Assembly (NCBI GenBank): GCA_049199595.1
Contig: JBMCYV010000011.1
Coordinates: forward strand, 7,851-71,850
DNA from: Candidatus Nitrosomirales archaeon
GTDB taxonomy: Archaea > Thermoproteota > Nitrososphaeria > Nitrososphaerales > UBA213
Reading direction: 5' to 3'
DNA: 64,000 nt
Shown: piece after piece, positions 8,005-15,936 of the stretch
Position numbering within the stretch: position 1 is the first letter of the stretch
How the letters are laid out: each line of letters starts with the position of its first letter
Translations under genes and position numbers: made by a program
The notes under the pieces: model-generated
The model's input: only the letters and a program-made list of their open reading frames with translations
What the model was told of the DNA's origin: nothing
The model's database searches: none

Positions 8005-9238
8005 TATGAAAAATATGGACCCTGTAGTAGCAGATATTTTGAACAGAGCCTTGGATGACAAGGAATTATCTGTCGATGATGCTGTAGCACTGTTCGAGTG
8101 CAACGAAACAGAACTTAATATGCTCATCCAAGTTGCCGACGAACTGAGGAAGCGAAAAGTAGGCGATATGGTAACATATGTTGTCAATCGAAATGTTAAC
8201 TTTACAAATGTCTGCATAAAGCGCTGCGGCTTTTGTGCCTTCAGCCGGGACTTTAGAGAAGAGGAAGGTTACTTCCTGCCAACTGAAGAGATTGTGAGAA
8301 GGGCAAAAGAAGCATGGAATCTTGGAGCAACGGAAGTATGCATACAGGCAGGTCTCCCGCCAAAGATGGACGGTTATCTCTACGTCGATATCTGCAAGGC
8401 CATAAAGAAGGAACTTCCAGACATTCACATACACGGCTTCTCTCCCGAAGAGGTGCTTTATGGTGCTGTTAGATCAGATACCAGTGTTGAAGATTACCTG
8501 AAGATGCTGAAGGAAGCTGGTGTAGGCAGTTTGCCAGGAACAGCTGCGGAGATACTGGATCAGGAGATCAGGGATATGATTTCGCCTGGAAGAATAACTG
8601 TTGATGAATGGATCAGAGTGATCAAGACTGCGCATAGGTTGGGCATACCAACGACCTCTACGATAATGTACGGGCATCTTGAACAATCTATACATAAGGC
8701 AAAACACCTTGCACTAATAAGAGAGATTCAGAAGGAAACGCATGGCTTCACAGAATTCGTGCCGCTAAGTTTTATCTATACAGAGGCGCCGATGTTCAAA
8801 CGCAAGACTGTTGACGGGGTAAGGACAGGTGCTACTAAAGAGGAAGTGATCAAGATGCATGCCGTATCAAGATTAATGCTGAATAACTACATAAACAACA
8901 TACAGGTATCATGGGTTAAGGAAGGTGCAGAATTTTCACAATTCTTGCTGGACGTTGGCGTAAATGACTTCGGTGGCACATTGATAAACGAAAGCATATC
9001 AACTGCTGCTGGGGCCCAGCACGGACAGTTGCTTAAACCAAAGGAGATGAGGAATCTTATACGAAGGTCCGGAAGAATTCCTGCTCAAAGATCTACTACA
9101 TACAAAATACTAAAGATGTTTGATGGTGATGAATATGAAGAACCGTTGGATAGAATTGATGATATTTCTAGGTTTGGTTCCTATCATCAGTTGATCAAAC
9201 TTGATGAATATCGTTTCAAGAACACTCTGCAAAACTAG
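7997..9238 (+). CDS. cofH: FO synthase subunit 2 (CofH)
   Basis: Radical-SAM box CIKRCGFCAF, plus PGTAAEIL, IMYGHLE and FVPLSF motifs of the CofH/MqnC/MqnE clade. Lies directly after cofG. Confidence 0.9.
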   Translation: MTDMKNMDPVVADILNRALDDKELSVDDAVALFECNETELNMLIQVADELRKRKVGDMVTYVVNRNVNFTNVCIKRCGFCAFSRDFREEEGYFLPTEEIVRRAKEAWNLGATEVCIQAGLPPKMDGYLYVDICKAIKKELPDIHIHGFSPEEVLYGAVRSDTSVEDYLKMLKEAGVGSLPGTAAEILDQEIRDMISPGRITVDEWIRVIKTAHRLGIPTTSTIMYGHLEQSIHKAKHLALIREIQKETHGFTEFVPLSFIYTEAPMFKRKTVDGVRTGATKEEVIKMHAVSRLMLNNYINNIQVSWVKEGAEFSQFLLDVGVNDFGGTLINESISTAAGAQHGQLLKPKEMRNLIRRSGRIPAQRSTTYKILKMFDGDEYEEPLDRIDDISRFGSYHQLIKLDEYRFKNTLQN

Positions 9239-9240
9239 GG

Positions 9241-10623
9241 TTGAGCTGTATGGAAGATGTATGCAAAAGAGCAGTCAATATTGCACTCAAACTTGGAGCA
9301 GATGAAGCTGAATCATTTCTGGTCGATAGGGAAATAATCACTATACGAATGGCTGATGCACAGATAGCGGAATCCAAAGGCATACGAGAACATGGTATGG
9401 CATTAAGGATTGTACACGGCAAGAGCATTGGCGCGGCAGGCACGTCACTAATAGATGATGAGCATCTAGCGAGCAGTGCAAATGATGCAATTTCTGCTGC
9501 AAAACTCATGGAATCAAAATCTGAATGGAAGGGGCTTCCAAAACCTTCCAAGATCACGCTGGTAGATGGCTGCTACGATGAGAGACTGAACAAATTGAGC
9601 GTTGAACAGTATACAGACATTGCTCTCAGGATGCTTAATTCTGCACTGCAGTTCAAAAAGGTTACGAGCGTTTCTGGCAGCTTGCATGTTATAAAGGAAA
9701 CTGTTTACCTTTCAAACAGTAATGACATAAACCTGGAGGATAAGGGAACTTACATTATTGGGAACATAAATGCCGATGCAAAGGCTGTCAATGATGGCAC
9801 GGTAAGTGGTGTTGGCTTTGGAGCTGCAAGGATGCTTGGGTCATTCAATCCAGAATCTATAGGCAGTGAAGCTGGTGATATGGCAACGAGATCTATAGAT
9901 GCCAAAAAATGCGAGGAGGGTACGTACAGCGTTATCTTCGAACCATATGCACTTGGAGAACTGCTTTCGTTTGTATTTGCATATAACTTCAACGGGAAAT
10001 CGTACCAAGACAAGCGTAGCTGTTTGCATGGCAAACTTGGAAAACAGGTTGCTGTTGAACAATTTACATTACAGGACGATCCAAGGGAAAGGGACTGCTT
10101 GGGTAGCAAACCGTTCGACGATGAAGGAGTGCCAACGCAGACTACAAATCTCATAGAGAATGGAACTTTCAAGAACATAATCTACGACACGTTTTATGCG
10201 TCAAAGGACAATGTTGAATCAACTGGAAATGCGAACAGATCAGGTTACCCTGTAGGAAGATCAGCAGATCCAATTCCGTTTCCATCCATGCACAACATCG
10301 TTGTCAAGAGCGGAGATTACAATAAGGAAGAGATGATAAAGGATACGAAGAATGGCTTGCTTGTAGGAAGGTTATGGTATACCTATGCTGTAAATCCCGA
10401 GAAGGGAGATTTCTCTTGCACTGCGAGAAGTGGTATATTCACAGTAAAGGATGGAGAGATAGTAGGAGCGTCAAATATGATAAGGATAATTGACAACTTG
10501 CAGAGGTTATTGATGAGCATATCGGCAGTTGGTAGAGATCAGAAGCATATACTGCAGTGGCATGCTACACCATCAGTGACACCTTCGATAAGAGTAGATG
10601 GAATAAAGGCTATTCCTGTTTGA
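9241..10623 (+). CDS. TldD/PmbA-family metalloprotease-like protein
   Basis: 460 aa. Has the typical family C-terminus (GLLVGRLWYTYAVNPEKGDFSCTARSGIFTVKDGEIVG...LQWHATPSVTPSIRVDGIKA). Starts 3 nt after the cofH stop. Confidence 0.8.
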   Translation: MSCMEDVCKRAVNIALKLGADEAESFLVDREIITIRMADAQIAESKGIREHGMALRIVHGKSIGAAGTSLIDDEHLASSANDAISAAKLMESKSEWKGLPKPSKITLVDGCYDERLNKLSVEQYTDIALRMLNSALQFKKVTSVSGSLHVIKETVYLSNSNDINLEDKGTYIIGNINADAKAVNDGTVSGVGFGAARMLGSFNPESIGSEAGDMATRSIDAKKCEEGTYSVIFEPYALGELLSFVFAYNFNGKSYQDKRSCLHGKLGKQVAVEQFTLQDDPRERDCLGSKPFDDEGVPTQTTNLIENGTFKNIIYDTFYASKDNVESTGNANRSGYPVGRSADPIPFPSMHNIVVKSGDYNKEEMIKDTKNGLLVGRLWYTYAVNPEKGDFSCTARSGIFTVKDGEIVGASNMIRIIDNLQRLLMSISAVGRDQKHILQWHATPSVTPSIRVDGIKAIPV

Positions 10624-10636
10624 TTAGAGATTAATG

Positions 10637-11788
10637 TTACAAGATATCTACAGTTGTGCTTCGAACAGGCGAAATTGCATTTGGACTATCTATGCTTTCC
10701 CAGACAAATACTTCGATAGAAAACATGCCCTGAGCATCAGGAATCCATGATTGTGCAGCCTTGAATGAATCTTCTGGAGGAAGCTCTCCTGTTACCCATG
10801 AAAGTGATACCGTTACACCTTCATCATCCTTTATCTGAACTATATATGCAAATGGTTGCTTCTTGTTTTGATTGTTAGTTATTTCAGACTGAATCAGTAC
10901 TTGCTCACTTGCAGAAACAGATTCTACGCTTTCTCCTCTGTTGTCAACAATCTCTGGTTCCGATGCAACGGCTCTTTCGATTGGTGGAATCAAGTATCCA
11001 ATGCTTGCTGAAGCAAACAACTCTTCAACTTCAACAGTTTCGAAATTATTGCTACTTAGAGCAGCTGGTGCAGGCAAACTGTTATCTGTGTACTTCACAG
11101 TTATGGTGTCACCTTCGGAAACTCTAAGCCTAGTACCAGTGCTCTCCTCATCCAATGTGAATGTAAGAAATTCCGCGAACAATCCAGTCCTGTCACCTGT
11201 CTCTCGTAGTGTTACCAATAATCCGCCTCTGTCTGCAGTTGACCAGACTCTTACGTCCAGCGTGTCTATTGTGTCTGGACGCATGTTCTTATCAACGTCT
11301 ATAACGATTATCTTTGCCATGTCTGTCACTTTGTATGCCGGTTCTGCAAGCATCACAGAACTCGAGTAAAAGTCAACATCCACACGTGCTGAGAATTTTC
11401 GATCAGATGTACTAAACTCGACTATGAGATCATCGTCCCTTTGAACCACCATATCTCCAGGCCAGAGATTAGGATCTGGCGTCAACCCAACGCTAGTTGC
11501 AAAGATGCCTCGATTTTCTGCAATTTCAGTAAGCACAATTTTATGAGCTGGTTTCTGCATCCTTGCCATTGAACTGGTAAACACATTTGCTGTTAGCGTA
11601 TCTTTCTTGTCGGGATCAGAATTTGCTTTCTGGTAGTTTATCGCAGCAATAACCTCATCAAAGGGCAAGTATACCCGCTTATCGAACGCGATTTCAGGTT
11701 CACTCGCCACAGAAAAGGACGTTGTGAATCCAGTAGCAAGAATAGTGACTAGAACTGCAGCTGCAAATAACCTATAAGGTGTTTGCAT
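10637..11788 (-). CDS. exported multidomain protein, paralog 1 (two ETG-type modules plus the shared C-terminal module)
   Basis: I trimmed the track ORF to ATG 11788 (MQTPYRLFAAAVLVTILATGFTT, signal). Strongly similar to the next gene over DTIDTLDVRVWSTADRGGLLVTLRETGDRTGLF...GTRLRVSEGDTITVKYTDNSLPAPAALS and over the last ~110 aa. Confidence 0.75.
   Translation of the reverse strand: MQTPYRLFAAAVLVTILATGFTTSFSVASEPEIAFDKRVYLPFDEVIAAINYQKANSDPDKKDTLTANVFTSSMARMQKPAHKIVLTEIAENRGIFATSVGLTPDPNLWPGDMVVQRDDDLIVEFSTSDRKFSARVDVDFYSSSVMLAEPAYKVTDMAKIIVIDVDKNMRPDTIDTLDVRVWSTADRGGLLVTLRETGDRTGLFAEFLTFTLDEESTGTRLRVSEGDTITVKYTDNSLPAPAALSSNNFETVEVEELFASASIGYLIPPIERAVASEPEIVDNRGESVESVSASEQVLIQSEITNNQNKKQPFAYIVQIKDDEGVTVSLSWVTGELPPEDSFKAAQSWIPDAQGMFSIEVFVWESIDSPNAISPVRSTTVDIL
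10640..10966 (-). other. shared ~110-aa module, copy 1 (C-terminus of paralog 1)
   Basis: ASEPEIVDNRGESV..EQVLIQSEITNNQNKKQPFAYIVQIKDDEGVTVSLSWVTGELPPEDSFKAAQSWIPDAQGMFSIEVFVWESIDSPNAISPVRSTTVDIL. Confidence 0.7.
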
Positions 11789-11864
11789 GTTATAATTATG
11801 ACGCCATATATTATTGAACTTTCTCACTTTTGTATCAATTGACAAACCATATCCGCAACTGAAT

Positions 11865-12998
11865 TCACGAGAGAACGGTAATAGTCTTCATTCTAACCGG
11901 AGATAATGGTGCAAGATTGGTTAAACTATCCCAGACAAATATCTCTACGGTATACTCGTCTGGTCCTGAAGGCATCCAAGATTGAGCTACTTTTAGAGAC
12001 TCCTTTGCTGGTAGTTGTGCACTAATCCAGGACAATGATTCAGTTATTCCTTCGGAATTCTTCACTTGCAGAATATACACAAAAGGTTGCTTCCTGCTCT
12101 GAGTATTGGTTACTTCTGACTGCACAAGTATCTGCTCGCCGATAAATACCTGTGAAACACTCTTCCCAAAAGAATCAACTATTATTGGTTCCGAAGCTGG
12201 TGCCCTATCCATCGAAGGAACTTCCTGACCGAATATGCTCTCGGCAAATATCTCTCGCACCTCCACAGTATCAATACCACCAGCAGAGAGTGCTGCAGGA
12301 GGTGGAAGCGTGTTGTCAGTGTATTTTAGTATTATTCGATCACCATCTGCTACTCTCAACCTAGTGCCAGAGCTTTCCTCATCAAGCGTGAATGTCATGA
12401 TCTCCTCGAACACTCCTGTAGCTGCTCCCGTCTCCCTCAAGGTTACAAAGAGTCCTCCCCTGTCGCTGTCAGACCAGATTCTGGCATTTAGAGTATCTAT
12501 CGTGTCGGGATTCCTGTTCATGTCGCGATCTGCAATAGTTATCGTAGCCTGATCGCCAAATTTGTACGACGCCTTGTCGAAGAATGCGGTTCCTACATGG
12601 TAGTTTACGAATATGCTCTGCGTAACTACCGTATCTTCATCGATTCTGAAGGAAACGCTCAAACCATCTTCCCTTCTGGTCTGCACATCTCCAGGAAACT
12701 TTGAAAGATCTGGGCTCAAACGAATATCATCTTCAAAAACCCCAGTGCTCAATCCAGTTTCTGGCAAGGAAAGCTGCTTCTGTGAAAATGAGCTCGAGAT
12801 CATGACCCTGATGGTATCTATACGATCGCGATCCTGATTGGAATCCGGAGAAAAGATCTTGATAACTACTTTGTCGAAGGGAGTGTAGACAGTTCCTGAC
12901 TGATCTACTTGAGCGTATGCAATATGTTGCGTACTCTGGTATGGATAAATCATGATTATCAGAAATAATGAAATAAGAGACAGTTTTTCGGATTCCAT
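11865..12998 (-). CDS. exported multidomain protein, paralog 2
   Basis: Signal peptide MESEKLSLISLFLIIMIYPYQSTQHIAYAQ. Same domain order as paralog 1 (DTIDTLNARIWSDSDRGGLFVTLRETGAATGVF...GTRLRVADGDRIILKYTDNTLPPPAALS, then the shared module). Confidence 0.75.
   Translation of the reverse strand: MESEKLSLISLFLIIMIYPYQSTQHIAYAQVDQSGTVYTPFDKVVIKIFSPDSNQDRDRIDTIRVMISSSFSQKQLSLPETGLSTGVFEDDIRLSPDLSKFPGDVQTRREDGLSVSFRIDEDTVVTQSIFVNYHVGTAFFDKASYKFGDQATITIADRDMNRNPDTIDTLNARIWSDSDRGGLFVTLRETGAATGVFEEIMTFTLDEESSGTRLRVADGDRIILKYTDNTLPPPAALSAGGIDTVEVREIFAESIFGQEVPSMDRAPASEPIIVDSFGKSVSQVFIGEQILVQSEVTNTQSRKQPFVYILQVKNSEGITESLSWISAQLPAKESLKVAQSWMPSGPDEYTVEIFVWDSLTNLAPLSPVRMKTITVLS
11868..12197 (-). other. 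shared ~110-aa module, copy 2 (C-terminus of paralog 2)
   Basis: ASEPIIVDSFGKSV..EQILVQSEVTNTQSRKQPFVYILQVKNSEGITESLSWISAQLPAKESLKVAQSWMPSGPDEYTVEIFVWDSLTNLAPLSPVRMKTITVLS. Confidence 0.7.
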
Positions 12999-13102
12999 CT
13001 AGAAACTAGTGTGTATCTTAGAGTTATAAACTATTAATTCGTATCAGAAAGACAAATACAAGACTTTGTTACCGTAATCAGCTTGTTCTGTCATTCGTTT
13101 TG

Positions 13103-13219
13103 CTAGCCATAGCTCAGTCAGGGACAGCACCGGAGGTAATGGTGAAACTTTTAACTTGACTGAAGAGATCCGGGGTCTCGGGATCGATGCCTGATGGGCC
13201 GGCTTAAACGAGAATTAGC
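13103..13219 (+). tRNA. intron-containing tRNA, best reading tRNA-Lys(UUU) with two mini-introns around the anticodon loop and a possible third intron in the 3' acceptor strand
   Basis: Canonical 5' half: T8 A9, GCTC, AGTCAGGGA, CAGC, A26. Anticodon stem is CCGGA (13130-13134) / TCCGG (13169-13173), separated by 34 nt. T arm is TCGGG-ATCGATG-CCTGA (13178-13194), with the same unusual ATCGA T-loop as the tRNA at 36203. The only canonical 7-nt loop whose flanks fold as BHB motifs is CTTTTAA (13148-13154). Acceptor CTAGCCA pairs with TGG (13195-13197) plus TTAG (13215-13218). Genomic length of 117 nt = 73 + 13 + 14 + 17. See the finding for details and caveats. Confidence 0.55.
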
Positions 13220-13706
13220 GTAAGCCTTTGCAAGAACCAGACTTTCCTACTGGTAATCTGACACCGCCCTGTAATCTGGATGGCGTCACAACTTTCTCGA
13301 TGCAGTCAGGTACATTCCATGCTGTTAAGGTTGCACCCAATCCACATGAACAGGTCGAATTGGACGGCTATAAATTCGAATGGTTACCACGGAATAAAGA
13401 AGAAGCTTACTTTTTGTGCGAGGTAATCGACATTCGCGTACCTGCACTGCACCTAACGATCAGGAATACGCCTTTAGACCATGTAATTCTGCGGTTGACC
13501 TGCATCGGAATTCTATCACATTTTATATGGAGAAAAATTTGGCTATGCTTATAATTCCAAAGAAGAGTAAGGATACTTTGGTGAAGATATATGGTAACAT
13601 ACCTCGCTAAACCTGAAGTAAAGTAACATAATACAATACAATATCGACTAATGTATTGTCAGATGCTGCTTATGGGCTCTTAAGAAATGTGGTTGATGAC
13701 GGTTCA

Positions 13707-15719
13707 TCAATGTTCTACACTAAGCACGATTCCCTTCAATCCAGAGATTTGTACAGCAATTGGTTCAGTGGGATTATCTGAATAAGAAGCATTTGCAATG
13801 GTTTGTAACGCTAAAAGGTGTTCTCCTAATGGTGCATTGTCTCTCAGGTTAATTTTAATTTTGAATTTTGACATGTGGTATCCAGCATATCCAGTAAAAA
13901 CATCATGTTGAGGCACTATGTCCAAGGTTAACCAGCCCGGTAATTGGGAAATTCTATTTTCCAGCAGATTGTAATACTTAATGGCGATAGTGACATTTAC
14001 GGTTACATAATTAATTCCTCCATCAGCTCTTATCTTTCCCATAACTGCAGTCTTTATCTCCCCCTGCAGTGTTGCTGAAGAACCTGGAAAAATCTGTATA
14101 TGGTGAGGATGAACAGAACCATCTGCAAATGGACCGACAACTGTCTGGATTCCAGTGCTTCTGTTTACTCCAACATCCCTGTAAGTGCTTGCGCCGTCAA
14201 GTGCAACTGCTTTCAACCTCAACTGATAACCTGGATATTCAGAATACTCTGAAGAGATCAACGACAAAACGTACACGTTGAGCCTCTTTACCTGCCCAGC
14301 TTTCATAACAAGATGGTCTGGAAACGCTTTACCAAATAGATCGCCGGCTGTTAGCACTGATAGGTTCACTTCCCTATCTCTGCCTGAAAATACGTACACT
14401 GGAAATTCTGTCCGCGCCCTATCTATCGAGTTTCCGCTGATATCAATGCCTAATGGAGAGACAATTAAGAAGTCTTTTTGTTCTTCAACCCGAAAGACTC
14501 CCTTGCCTTGAACATCAAGTATCAGGTGAAATGTGGAGCCTGGCCTGTTCTCTGTTTCCGGTGTTACAGCAACTATATACTTTCCTAAGCTCGCATCTTT
14601 AGCGACATCAAACCGCAATGAGAAATTTAGATCCTTGAACTTTGGAACCGTTTCACTCTGTGTTACGTTCATGGTTGGAGTGACTGACAACCATTCAGGA
14701 AGGACGATCAACGTATTACTAGTCAAGTCTAACAACTGTATCTTCTTTATTTCTGGTACTGGTGCGAACCCTGGTGCTGAGCCAAAAGATCCTTTCACAG
14801 AACCTGAAGAGCCTCTCTCGACTTCAAGTAGTCTAGGACTGTAACGCAGATACGGATCATCTACCGACCAACCACCTAAAAGATTTACACGTACCACCTT
14901 GCTGCCCAAGACACTCCCATGATCATCCAGTGCCTTTATGATGATTATATCGTTGATTGGAACAGCGATGTTCTCTAGAAACAAGTTGGTAACAGCTCTA
15001 TGCCCAGGCTTTGCATGTAATGCGCTAGGAACTAATTTGGCAAAAAGGCTATCTTGTGCGCTGGTTATTGTCAAATGAACATCTTCTTCACTCCTGAACT
15101 TCAGAAATACTGGCATGTTCAACCCATACCGTCCATCACTCGGAGAAATGTTGCCTACCAAACCTTTCACTCCTATACTTACTGTGTTAATATTCTGGTC
15201 TGGCTCTCGGAGCACAAGTGTTGTATTTACAGAGACATGTAGTGTCCTGACCGAGTCTAGTGCCTTTGGGTTATCAAGGTTGTCCCAAACGAAAAACTCG
15301 ATTGTGTAGTCCTGAGCCTTCTCTGGGATCCAAAGCAACTTTAGTGTGGAAGATTCGCTAGGCTTGATAGTTTTTCCTGTCCAAGACAATCGATCAGCAT
15401 AACCATTCCGATCCTTTATCTGCGTTATCAGCAGAAAAAGTCTTTCCACAGTGTCTCTATTGTGAACATTGAATTGAATTAGAACTTCTTCGCTAGAATA
15501 CACTTCTTTCAGAGGATTACCTAACATGTCGTATAGAATAGGTTCATCTTGCGTTATATTTGTAGCACTGCTAAAATCATTCTCAGCGTGGACTTTTGCA
15601 GAAGAATTAATTCCAGTTACGTGAATGTGATAGGCGGAAACTATTTGAAAAATGGGACAACTTAACAAAAGAATACTCATTACCATACCAAGTAACAATA
15701 TTCTCCTTTTAACCGACAA
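13707..15719 (-). CDS. large exported protein with the shared module near its N-terminus
   Basis: 670 aa. Signal/anchor RRILLLGMVMSILLLSCPIFQIVSA. Residues ~58-164 are the shared module. The remainder is beta-rich with no catalytic motif I recognise. Confidence 0.75.
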   Translation of the reverse strand: MSVKRRILLLGMVMSILLLSCPIFQIVSAYHIHVTGINSSAKVHAENDFSSATNITQDEPILYDMLGNPLKEVYSSEEVLIQFNVHNRDTVERLFLLITQIKDRNGYADRLSWTGKTIKPSESSTLKLLWIPEKAQDYTIEFFVWDNLDNPKALDSVRTLHVSVNTTLVLREPDQNINTVSIGVKGLVGNISPSDGRYGLNMPVFLKFRSEEDVHLTITSAQDSLFAKLVPSALHAKPGHRAVTNLFLENIAVPINDIIIIKALDDHGSVLGSKVVRVNLLGGWSVDDPYLRYSPRLLEVERGSSGSVKGSFGSAPGFAPVPEIKKIQLLDLTSNTLIVLPEWLSVTPTMNVTQSETVPKFKDLNFSLRFDVAKDASLGKYIVAVTPETENRPGSTFHLILDVQGKGVFRVEEQKDFLIVSPLGIDISGNSIDRARTEFPVYVFSGRDREVNLSVLTAGDLFGKAFPDHLVMKAGQVKRLNVYVLSLISSEYSEYPGYQLRLKAVALDGASTYRDVGVNRSTGIQTVVGPFADGSVHPHHIQIFPGSSATLQGEIKTAVMGKIRADGGINYVTVNVTIAIKYYNLLENRISQLPGWLTLDIVPQHDVFTGYAGYHMSKFKIKINLRDNAPLGEHLLALQTIANASYSDNPTEPIAVQISGLKGIVLSVEH
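15228..15548 (-). other. shared ~110-aa module, copy 3 (N-terminal region of the 670-aa protein)
   Basis: DEPILYDMLGNPLKEVYSSEEVLIQFNVHNRDTVERLFLLITQIKDRNGYADRLSWTGKTIKPSESSTLKLLWIPEKAQDYTIEFFVWDNLDNPKALDSVRTLHVSV. Confidence 0.65.
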
Positions 15720-15936
15720 TTCTAACCACCATTGGATTCGAACACATGAGGAATGAGTAGTTGATCCAAGTATATTGATATTACCATTTGCATATTACAG
15801 TTCTGTTTCAGAACTTTCAGAAATAAAAAAAATTTACTCAAATAAGATTTTTGGCGTAAGATTACGGAGCCTGCTAACCTGCTAGAGTTCCTGATACACC
15901 GAGAAATAAAAACGGGGGATTGTGATAGCTTTATTA

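Noticed and set aside
7558-8217. 219-aa minus-strand ORF, plus many other 60-160-aa ORFs nested in or opposite long genes (for example 1324..1539, 9750..10178, 10941..11369, 12235..12552, 16171..16638, 22321..22803, 23299..23637, 29701..30177, 30356..30820, 49408..49827, 56090..56458)
   Set aside because: All lie entirely within, and antisense or out of frame to, genes with clear family signatures. Their sequences are low-complexity or Ser/Leu/Cys-rich, as expected for shadow ORFs.
13103-13219. Alternative identities for the intron-rich tRNA: Phe (loop CTGAAGA at 13160-13166) or His (G-1:C73 acceptor)
   Set aside because: The Phe loop would leave two extra nucleotides (GA) before the 3' stem strand, and its flanks do not fold into BHB motifs. 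No GUG anticodon can be generated by any junction for His. Lys(UUU) is the only reading in which both introns have 4-bp helices flanked by 3-nt bulges. It remains unverified.
13240-13247. RNase P RNA-like strings (GGAAAGTC on the minus strand at 13240-13247; CCGGCTTA on the plus strand at 13199-13206; GGTGAAAC at 13141-13148)
   Set aside because: The strings are on different strands, in the wrong order, and overlap the tRNA. No coherent RNase P secondary structure could be assembled, so they are treated as coincidences.
13228-13610. Track ORFs 13228..13554 and 13416..13610 downstream of the tRNA
   Set aside because: They have alternative-codon starts, no promoter or SD context, an implausible C-terminal hydrophobic tail and no motif. 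The region is kept as a non-coding region of interest instead.
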